NCBI GenBank assembly: GCA_033763455.1
Contig: JANRKO010000070.1
Span: forward strand, 14,855-78,854
Length of the DNA stretch: 64,000 nucleotides
Reading direction: 5' to 3'
Source: Polyangiaceae bacterium
Lineage (GTDB): Bacteria; Myxococcota_A; Polyangia; Polyangiales; Polyangiaceae
Under the pieces are notes generated by a model that saw only the letters and a list, made by a program, of their open reading frames with translations, searched no databases and had not been told where the DNA came from. Positions within the stretch are counted from its first letter, which is position 1. Every line of letters starts with the position of its first letter. The position numbers were made by a program, and so were the translations under genes. Below are positions 58,761-64,000 of the stretch, piece by piece.

Positions 58761-59131
58761 TAGAGCACCTCCGGAGCGAGTGAAACGATCTTCATGAACC
58801 GCTTGCTTCGCAATTCACGAGCTACGGGGCCAAAGATGCGGGTGCCAACAGGCTCAGATGTCTGAGCATTAATGAGCACGGCACTGTTATCGTCGAACTT
58901 GATGTAGCTACCGTCCACTCGACGATGCTCGCGCTTGGTGCGAACGACTACCGCGCGTGCGATTTCGCCCTTCTTCACCTTGCTGTTGGGGATCGCATCA
59001 GAAATGCTGACCACGATGACATCGCCCACGCTGGCGTAACGCCTGCGGGACCCGCCGAGCACCTTCAGGCAAACCACCATACGGGCGCCCGAGTTGTCAG
59101 CTACGTTTAGGATGGATTCTGTTTGAATCAT
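58760..59131 (-). CDS. rplN: 50S ribosomal protein L14
   Basis: [22 protein letters not shown]. Confidence 0.98.
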   Translation of the reverse strand: MIQTESILNVADNSGARMVVCLKVLGGSRRRYASVGDVIVVSISDAIPNSKVKKGEIARAVVVRTKREHRRVDGSYIKFDDNSAVLINAQTSEPVGTRIFGPVARELRSKRFMKIVSLAPEVL

Positions 59132-59138
59132 CGGGAGC

Positions 59139-59432
59139 TCACTCCTGCACAGCGCTGCGGATCAGGCGCGTGGCATTCCAGCGCTTTTCCTTGGACATGG
59201 GACGGTGTTCGATCATCTCGATACGATCACCGGTCTTGTAGGTGTTGTTCTCGTCGTGAGCCTTGTAACGCTTTCGGACGCGCACATACTTTTTGTAGAG
59301 CGGGTGCATCTTGTAGCGCACCACTTCCACAACGACCGTCTTGTTCATCTTGTCACTCACGACGCGGCCAATAATGCGGCGCCGTGGGTTGATGTTGACA
59401 GCTTTGGATTCTGCCTCAGCTTGTGTGTTCAC
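59139..59432 (-). CDS. rpsQ: 30S ribosomal protein S17
   Basis: [21 protein letters not shown]. Confidence 0.97.
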   Translation of the reverse strand: MNTQAEAESKAVNINPRRRIIGRVVSDKMNKTVVVEVVRYKMHPLYKKYVRVRKRYKAHDENNTYKTGDRIEMIEHRPMSKEKRWNATRLIRSAVQE

Positions 59433-59641
59433 GCTGCACCTCCGCTCGCCTTGAGGGCCCGCTCACGCAGTAGCATCTCGATGCGAGCAATGTCTTTGCG
59501 GGCCTTACCAAGGAGACTGCTGTCGCTGAGCTGACCCGTGACGTTCTTCATGCGATAGGAGAATAGGTTCTTCTTTGTCTCGATCAGCAGCTGGCTGAGG
59601 TCCTCTGTCGCACGTTCGCGCAGATCTTTGGCTTTCATCAC
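59429..59641 (-). CDS. rpmC: 50S ribosomal protein L29
   Basis: MKAKDLR..LF..R..TGQL..RKDIARI. Confidence 0.95.
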   Translation of the reverse strand: MMKAKDLRERATEDLSQLLIETKKNLFSYRMKNVTGQLSDSSLLGKARKDIARIEMLLRERALKASGGAA

Positions 59642-60051
59642 AGCTCTCCTCGCGTCAAAAACTTGGTGTTCAGCGGAAGCTTGGTAGCTGCTAAGCGGAA
59701 TGCCTCACGCGCCTTGTCCTCAGGAATGCCTTCGATCTCGAACAGAACGCGACCAGGCTTCACAACGACCACCCACTCTTCCACGCTGCCCTTACCGCTA
59801 CCCATTCGAACTTCGAGGGGCTTTTTGGTAATCGGCTTGTCGGGAAAGATCCGGATCCAGAGCTTGCCCTGGCGCTTGGTGGCACGCTGAATCGCCATAC
59901 GGCTCGCCTCAAGTTGGCGCGCGGTGACGAACGAGCAGTCGGTTGCCTGCAGCCCGAATTCACCGAAAGAGACGTCGCTGCCACGGTAGGCCATGCCACG
60001 CATCTTTCCTTTTTGCTGCTTACGAAACTTTGTTCGTTTAGGACTCAGCAT
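59638..60051 (-). CDS. rplP: 50S ribosomal protein L16
   Basis: [22 protein letters not shown]. Confidence 0.98.
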   Translation of the reverse strand: MLSPKRTKFRKQQKGKMRGMAYRGSDVSFGEFGLQATDCSFVTARQLEASRMAIQRATKRQGKLWIRIFPDKPITKKPLEVRMGSGKGSVEEWVVVVKPGRVLFEIEGIPEDKAREAFRLAATKLPLNTKFLTRGEL

Positions 60052-60055
60052 CTTC

Positions 60056-60748
60056 TTACTCCGGTATGCGGCGAGCCTTGCGCTGCAAGACTTCGCCCTT
60101 GAAGATCCAAACCTTCACGCCAATGATTCCGTAGGTCGTGCGAGCCTCGGCTGTGCCGAAGTCCACATCAGCCCGCAGGGTATGCAGTGGCACACGCCCT
60201 TCACGATACGTTTCGACGCGCGCAATCTCAGCTCCGCCGAGACGCCCGGCGCAACGGAGGCGAATTCCTTTGGCGCCAAACTTAATGGCGGTGCCCATGG
60301 CCTTCTTCATCGCGCGACGAAAGGCGATGCGGCGCTCAAGCTGAGTTGCTATGTTCTCCGCGACCAACTGCGCATTCGTCTCGGCTTTGCGCACTTCCTG
60401 AACGTCGATGAACACTTCGTTCTTCGTGAACGATTGCACGCCGGGGAATTTGGTCTCGCCCTTAGCGGCGGAGTCGAGATTGCCGCTTTTTAGCGTTTCA
60501 ATCCCTTTGCCACCTTTACCGATGACCATGCCAGGGCGAGCCGTGTACACGATTACTTTCGCCTTGTTCGCGGCACGCTCGACCTCAACGCTCGCGACAC
60601 TTGCGTTGTAGAGGTACTGCTTGACGGCACGCTTGATCCGAAGATCTTCGTGCAACCACTGGCAATAATTTTTGTCTTCGTACCACTTGCTGGTCCACGT
60701 CTTGATGACGCCCAGTCGGAAGCCATACGGATGAGTTTTCTGTCCCAT
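60056..60748 (-). CDS. rpsC: 30S ribosomal protein S3
   Basis: [34 protein letters not shown]. Confidence 0.98.
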   Translation of the reverse strand: MGQKTHPYGFRLGVIKTWTSKWYEDKNYCQWLHEDLRIKRAVKQYLYNASVASVEVERAANKAKVIVYTARPGMVIGKGGKGIETLKSGNLDSAAKGETKFPGVQSFTKNEVFIDVQEVRKAETNAQLVAENIATQLERRIAFRRAMKKAMGTAIKFGAKGIRLRCAGRLGGAEIARVETYREGRVPLHTLRADVDFGTAEARTTYGIIGVKVWIFKGEVLQRKARRIPE

Positions 60749-60760
60749 ACTGAACGACCT

Positions 60761-61102
60761 TTAGCGTTGATCCAATTCGATCGCGATGTGGCTAACGCCC
60801 TTGGTGACCTGAGTGGCGCGGCCCATGGCTCGCGGCCGCCAGCGGCGCATGTGAGAGTTCGGCCCCTTGTCGACGGTGGCACGGCTAATGAAGAGAGCAT
60901 CCACGTCCACATCCGGCCGCTTCTGCCGCGCGTTAGCGATGGCACTGGCGATTAGCTTCTTGACGATGGGCGCCGCCGCTTTTGGGGTGAAGTCCAAAAG
61001 TTGCAAAGCTTCAGCCGCATCTCGGCCCCTGACCAAGTTAATGACCATGCGGGCTTTGCGCGGAGCTATCCTTTGAAATTGTGCTTTTGCTGTAGCTATC
61101 AT
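60761..61102 (-). CDS. rplV: 50S ribosomal protein L22
   Basis: RIAPRKAR, SAIANA, PRAMGRA, SHI. Confidence 0.97.
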   Translation of the reverse strand: MIATAKAQFQRIAPRKARMVINLVRGRDAAEALQLLDFTPKAAAPIVKKLIASAIANARQKRPDVDVDALFISRATVDKGPNSHMRRWRPRAMGRATQVTKGVSHIAIELDQR

Positions 61103-61286
61103 CGACAGTTTCCTTTCAGACCCGCCGACCCTAGATGGTGGATGACCATCTCGCCCGACCCTGAGCTGCGTAGAACGACGAAGTTCTGTGTGCCCAGAAG
61201 AAGAGAGTCGGGGAGAAACAGCCTGAGAGCTGTTCGACCCCGATTAGGGAGGCGCGGTTCGTAGCAGAGGGCTCCTGGCAGTGCAA
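61103..61286 (-). promoter_or_regulatory. Internal promoter and structured leader upstream of rplV
   Basis: TTGCAC(61286-81)-N17-TACGAA(61263-58) with TGn extension and GC-rich CCGCGCC discriminator; hairpins 61208-43 and 61133-51. Confidence 0.55.
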
Positions 61287-61391
61287 CCCTTCCGCACGGT
61301 TAATTTCTTTTGCGATCCGAACAGGATCGAACACAAGGGATGGTGCCGTTCAGCGCCGTTACGGACGCTGAACGGATGCGCCCATGTGAAG

Positions 61392-61709
61392 CTAGCGCTT
61401 CTGGGGAGCCGCGGAAGGCCCAGCTGAGGGCTTGCCCTTCACGGCTTTTCGGTCGCCGGAGTGCCCCTGGAAGGTGCGCGTGGGGGCGAACTCGCCGAAC
61501 TTATGGCCGACCATATTTTCGGACACAAAGACCGGGACGAACTTGCGGCCGTTGTGAACAGCGAAAGTAAGGCCGATGGCTTCAGGGAGGATCGTGGAGC
61601 GCCGCGACCAGGTTTTGATCACCTTCTTCGAGCTGTCCGTCTGGGCAGCTGCGATTTTCGACATCAGATGCCCGTCGATGAACGGGCCTTTCTTAATACT
61701 TCGCGGCAT
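61392..61709 (-). CDS. rpsS: 30S ribosomal protein S19
   Basis: [28 protein letters not shown]. Confidence 0.98.
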   Translation of the reverse strand: MPRSIKKGPFIDGHLMSKIAAAQTDSSKKVIKTWSRRSTILPEAIGLTFAVHNGRKFVPVFVSENMVGHKFGEFAPTRTFQGHSGDRKAVKGKPSAGPSAAPQKR

Positions 61710-61711
61710 CG

Positions 61712-62539
61712 TTACTTCCTATCCCTGCGCTTCACGATCATGTTGTCCGTACGCTTGTTGTTGCGAGTCTTGAGGCCCTTGGAGAGCTGCCCCCATGGCG
61801 AACACGGGTGACGACCACCACTGGTTCGGCCTTCACCACCACCCATCGGGTGATCGACTGGGTTCATCGTGACGCCGCGATTGTGAGGCCGTAGACCCAA
61901 CCAACGCGCACGACCCGCTTTGCCGAGGCTCACGTTTTGGTGATCAGGGTTGGAAACCTGACCGACCGTGGCGCGACACTCGACGTGGATCTTGCGCACC
62001 TCACCGCTCGGCAACTTCACCTGCGCGTAGTCGCCATCTTTGCCCATGAGCTGAGCGACGACGCCGGCCGAGCGCACGAGCTGTGCCCCTTTACCTTTCT
62101 TCATCTCGATGTTGTGAATCGAGGTGCCCGTCGGAATCACTCCAATGGGGAGGCAATTGCCGGGCTGAATGTCAGCGTTGCGGCTAGAGAGCACGGTATC
62201 ACCGGCTTTGAGGCCATCCGGCGCCAAGATATAGCGCTTCTCGCCATCGGCGTAGTGAAGAAGCGCAATGCGCGCCGTGCGATTGGGATCGTATTCAATG
62301 GTCGCAACTCGAGCCGGAACGCCAATCTTGTTGCGCTTGAAGTCGATAACCCGGTAACGCTGCTTGTGCCCGCCACCACGAAAGCGGCTGGTGATGCGCC
62401 CGTAGGCATTGCGGCCACCCGTGCTCGATTGGGCCTCGGTAAGGCGCTTCTCAGGCTTCTGGGTGGTGATTTCCGCAAAATCGGGCGCGGTGTAAGCGCG
62501 GCGACCTGGGGAAGTTGGTTTGAAAAGACGAATAGCCAT
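61712..62539 (-). CDS. rplB: 50S ribosomal protein L2
   Basis: [21 protein letters not shown]. Confidence 0.98.
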   Translation of the reverse strand: MAIRLFKPTSPGRRAYTAPDFAEITTQKPEKRLTEAQSSTGGRNAYGRITSRFRGGGHKQRYRVIDFKRNKIGVPARVATIEYDPNRTARIALLHYADGEKRYILAPDGLKAGDTVLSSRNADIQPGNCLPIGVIPTGTSIHNIEMKKGKGAQLVRSAGVVAQLMGKDGDYAQVKLPSGEVRKIHVECRATVGQVSNPDHQNVSLGKAGRARWLGLRPHNRGVTMNPVDHPMGGGEGRTSGGRHPCSPWGQLSKGLKTRNNKRTDNMIVKRRDRK

Positions 62540-62547
62540 GGAAACTG

Positions 62548-62841
62548 TTACTCCTCCGACTCGTCAAAGAACTGAATGTCATCGCCCTTTCGGAGGGTGA
62601 CGATGGCTTTCTTCCAATTGGGGCGCTTAGCATCCTGGCGACCCATGCGCTTGGTCTTGCCACGCTGCACCAGCGTGTTCACATCCGTAACCTTGACGCC
62701 AAACATGGCTTCCACGGCCTGCCGGATCTGGATCTTGTTGGCGGTGAGGGCAACCTCGAACACCACCTGATTGTCTAGCTTTAACCGAGCTGCCTTTTCG
62801 GTGAGCGCGATGGGGCGCTTGATGATTTCATCCAGATTCAT
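62548..62841 (-). CDS. rplW: 50S ribosomal protein L23
   Basis: [29 protein letters not shown]. Confidence 0.97.
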   Translation of the reverse strand: MNLDEIIKRPIALTEKAARLKLDNQVVFEVALTANKIQIRQAVEAMFGVKVTDVNTLVQRGKTKRMGRQDAKRPNWKKAIVTLRKGDDIQFFDESEE

Positions 62842-63473
62842 GACTTAACCTCCAGCAAGCGGGCTTCGAGTGCCTTGGCTGCTTGACGCGAAACGACCAG
62901 GTGCTCATGGCACAGGAGGTCGTAAACGTTGACGCCCTCGGGCGGCAAGAATTGGTTGTCTTGCATGTTCCGGATCGACAAGCGGAGGTTGGCGTTTTCC
63001 TTGCCATCCACTACGAGCGTCTTTCCGCTCGTCTTGAGCTCCGAGAGCACATTCAATAGGCGCTTCGTCTTCACTTCGCCGAGGTCAATATTTTCGACCA
63101 CGGTGATGCGACCTTGCTTCAGAAGATAGCTGAGCGCACTCCTCATCGCCCCGAGACGCACTTTGCGCGGGGGCCGGTAGCTGAAGTCCTGAGGCTTGGG
63201 GGGATGAGCGCGGCCACCACCAACAAACGTAGGTGCTGAGATCTGACCATGACGCGCTTGGCCCGTACCCTTCTGCTTGTACAGCTTCTTTTTAGAAGCT
63301 GCGACGGCAGAGCGCTCCTTGCCAGCCTTCGTACCAGCTCGCCGTGAGGCGAGCTGCGCCTGAACCACCTCGTGCAGGAGATACTCCTTCACTTCGGTCG
63401 AAAACACCTCGTCGGAGAGCTCAACCTCGCCGACCTTTTCACGCTTCAAATTGTAAACATCGAGCTTTGCCAT
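62838..63473 (-). CDS. rplD: 50S ribosomal protein L4
   Basis: RRAGT, QKGTG.ARHG, GGG.AH.PKP. Confidence 0.97.
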   Translation of the reverse strand: MAKLDVYNLKREKVGEVELSDEVFSTEVKEYLLHEVVQAQLASRRAGTKAGKERSAVAASKKKLYKQKGTGQARHGQISAPTFVGGGRAHPPKPQDFSYRPPRKVRLGAMRSALSYLLKQGRITVVENIDLGEVKTKRLLNVLSELKTSGKTLVVDGKENANLRLSIRNMQDNQFLPPEGVNVYDLLCHEHLVVSRQAAKALEARLLEVKS

Positions 63474-63487
63474 GCTTCATTCCCTCA

Positions 63488-63799
63488 TCAGCTCTTGATC
63501 TCGACGTCCACACCGGCGCTCAGGTCGAGCTTCATGAGAGCGTCTAGGGTTTGAGGAGTAGGTTCGAGGATGTCGATAAGGCGCTTGTGCGTCCTCACTT
63601 CGAACTGTTCTCGCGATTTCTTGTCCACGTGGGGACCACGCAGAACGGTGTAGCGGCGGAGCCCTGTGGGCAGAGGGATCGGGCCGGCAACGCGAGCGCC
63701 AGTCCTCCGAGCCGTTTCGACGATATCCGTAGTGGATTTATCGAGCAGCTGGTGATCGAACGCTTTTAGCCGAATTCGGATCTTTGTTACATCGGGCAT
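63488..63799 (-). CDS. rpsJ: 30S ribosomal protein S10
   Basis: [30 protein letters not shown]. Confidence 0.98.
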   Translation of the reverse strand: MPDVTKIRIRLKAFDHQLLDKSTTDIVETARRTGARVAGPIPLPTGLRRYTVLRGPHVDKKSREQFEVRTHKRLIDILEPTPQTLDALMKLDLSAGVDVEIKS

Positions 63800-63852
63800 A
63801 TGGCAAGTGGCCTTGTCTGGTTAATGATGAACGTGAAACTTATTGCCAGACC

Positions 63853-64000
63853 CTATTCGAGGATCTTGGTGACGACGCCGGCGCCGACGGTACGGCCACC
63901 CTCGCGAATGGCGAAACGCATTTGCTCTTCAAGCGCCACCGTGGTGAGGAGCTGAACCTCAACCGTGACGTTATCTCCGGGCATCACCATCTTGACGCCC
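63853..64000 (-). CDS. tuf: Elongation factor Tu, C-terminal part (truncated by window)
   Basis: [30 protein letters not shown]. Confidence 0.97.
   Translation of the reverse strand, partial: GVKMVMPGDNVTVEVQLLTTVALEEQMRFAIREGGRTVGAGVVTKILE

Noticed and set aside
61131..61334. 67-aa ORF in the rpsS-rplV gap
   Set aside because: No SD, no protein-like pattern, runs through the promoter and hairpins

Overview
This GC-rich bacterial chromosome segment is most consistent with Myxococcota (Polyangiaceae/Sorangiineae-like). That placement is inferred from MYXO-CTERM, CglF-like, DUF1592-type and split F0 ATP-synthase genes. From left to right it holds: argD-argF, a catalytically degenerate P1B-ATPase-like gene and fur; a ~5 kb toxin-antitoxin hotspot (zeta-like pair, VapBC, MNT-HEPN, decayed chimeric remnants) interleaved with VKOR-DsbA and a CglF-like gene; a lipoprotein with mirror-symmetric cysteine spacing; an ECF sigma with a 1401-aa anti-sigma/FecR/VIT/vWA/TPR partner; fabI and surA; a MYXO-CTERM + beta-barrel fusion; a ~1 kb hairpin-rich, twice-repeated intergenic element (23.75-24.78 kb); recA, rseP and ftsK; an RHH-FHA protein; atpZ-I-B-E; BrnTA, rdgB, two sensor kinases and acyP; and the tuf-S10-spc-alpha ribosomal cluster. 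That cluster has three anomalies: rplC is absent, a promoter/leader is inserted between rpsS and rplV, and a divergent infA appears to start at ACG. No rRNA, tRNA, CRISPR array, transposase or integrase was recognised. All family calls come from motifs read by eye, not from database searches.
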